From Callorhinchus milii (taxonomy: Eukaryota): a stretch of DNA of 64,000 nt. Positions 62,294-64,000 of this stretch are shown piece by piece. The notes below the pieces were generated by a model. The model had not been told where the DNA came from. It saw only the letters and a program-made list of their open reading frames with translations, and ran no database searches. Positions within the stretch are counted from its first letter, which is position 1; each line of letters begins with the position of its first letter. A program made the translations under genes and the position numbers. The stretch is from positions 93,746,001 through 93,810,000 of the forward strand of contig NW_024704743.1 of the NCBI RefSeq assembly GCF_018977255.1. The letters are read 5' to 3'.

Positions 62294-63667
62294 TACCATT
62301 TATTCTTAAAGACTGGATGCTGATGTGATCAGTCGCTAAAAGTAGGTGGAAAACTGCATTGTTAGTTAATAGATTCTATAATTAATTCCAAACACATGAA
62401 AATCTGTTGTGAAATATCACATGTTTCAACCTTACATTTTAATAGTAGGATGTAAAACTTTGTTCCTTGGGTTATCAGTGAGGGGCTGTACCAGATCCGT
62501 GTCCTGGTATGGGAGTATAATTCAAAGTAATCTAGAGAAGAGAGGTTAGTGGTACCACTGGACCATTGTACTTATATATCATCCAGTCACAGCAATCTAG
62601 TACAGTGTTTCTAAACACCTCAGTTAGGTAATCTGTAAAATCCTAAGGACATTTGAAAGTCAAAGCTTTTCAACCAATGTAACCAATGAGCCCAGGCTCT
62701 GGCTATTTAACAAATGTGGCAACCAATATAACCTATTTTGTCCACAAAATGCACATAGTCATATCAATTTACAGAATACCCCATGAAGCACTTTGAGATG
62801 TCTTGATGCTGTGATAAGGTGTTATATCAAATCCAAAGATTATTATATTATTATAACGTTTTAAACCTCTGCAATTCCTGATCAGAGATCAAATTCTGAT
62901 TTCCTAGTTACCTCCATTTGAAAACTATTTTTACAGATTCTTAAATTGTTTCTCAGAGGACTGTCTCTAATCATTCCCAATGAACCACGTCATGAACAAG
63001 GTTGCATCCAATCCCTCTTCTGTGCATAGACCTGGAATTGACTGGCTCTTCCGATCACCTGGAATCACTCAGCAATTGGCTTAGCACAGCTGACCACATC
63101 TGGCCACCTGTCCTGCGTCCAAGTGGCCTGTCATTGTTATCTTGAACGCATTGCAAAGTGCAAGTCTTGGCTGTATGACAGGGCTAATTGAAGCATTTGC
63201 AGAAAACAAATTGATATATTGGACCTGTATCCTAACGACCAATCAAAATACAGTATTCATCTGGGCTCAAACAAACCAGATCATGTCCAATGTTGCAGAG
63301 CACCATGTTTCATCCAAGCACTGGCAATAACTCAGATCTCTAAACCAACGAAAGATGTGCTGCAGCACTGGATCTGTTACTGATGTAACCAAAAAGACTC
63401 ATGTTAACTCCAAGTCCAAATTTTGCTGCTGCAGCACAGTAATTCTGCAGTGCTCCAGCCAGCCTAAATCATCGGCAGGATTTGGCAGAGGACACCAGTC
63501 AATGGGAGCATAGATTCTTCCCACTCAGCTCATGCTAGCCCTGCAAGCCAAAGCCCTAACGGTTAGGGTGGTCCTAGCTGGACAAGCAGCAGGAAAGCTT
63601 GTTGGACAGCAATATCGATGACAAGCTTTGTGGTTTTAGCTGGTTAGACTTCAGCGGTTATCCAGTT

Positions 63668-63960
63668 GTGGAGCCCTGTATTCAGTAGTTAGAGCATTCG
63701 CCTTGCAGGCGAGAGACTTGGGTTCAATTCCCAGCAGGGCGAAACCTTTGGCAAGTTTCCTTACTCCACACGCCTGATAATAATTCCTCAAGAAAAAAAA
63801 ACACAATAATAATTTAGTCACCCAATTCACGACTGTTGTGAGACACTGCTGTGCACAATTGGCTGCCGCGTTTCGCCCACAAATATACTGTCAATTCACT
63901 TTACAGTATATTCTGTGAAGCGCTTTGAGACGCAATGCAAGGATTATTATATATATTATA
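63668..63960 (+). mobile_element. tRNA-Ala-headed SINE, short form
   Basis: Head, CORE-like start, Deu-like part; deletion in the tail stem. Confidence 0.92.
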
Positions 63961-64000
63961 CCCAACGCACACTCTGGGGTTCCCAAGCCTTGGCTCTTGC

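Overview
Vertebrate non-coding DNA, most likely from a cartilaginous fish and probably a holocephalan such as Callorhinchus milii (inferred from the repeat content only). The window looks intronic or intergenic, and I cannot recognise any host protein-coding gene. The ORFs with recognisable motifs are decayed L2 (LINE2) or CR1 reverse-transcriptase fragments; many others are read-throughs of SINEs. Main components: (i) about 12 full-length and several partial copies of a tRNA-Ala-headed SINE with CORE-like and Deu-like segments and an L2-type tail, in long and short subfamilies; (ii) older Deu-domain (SacSINE1-like) SINEs; (iii) 5'-truncated L2 and CR1 copies, often nested; (iv) several palindromic MITE-like elements; (v) minisatellites and local duplications. 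The most interesting signal is a small non-coding element carrying a minimal type-I hammerhead ribozyme motif of the Penelope-like kind, present as a single arm (13957-14097) and as an inverted pair (61436-61681), both flanked by apparent target-site duplications. Repeat boundaries were set by eye and are approximate, especially for old copies.
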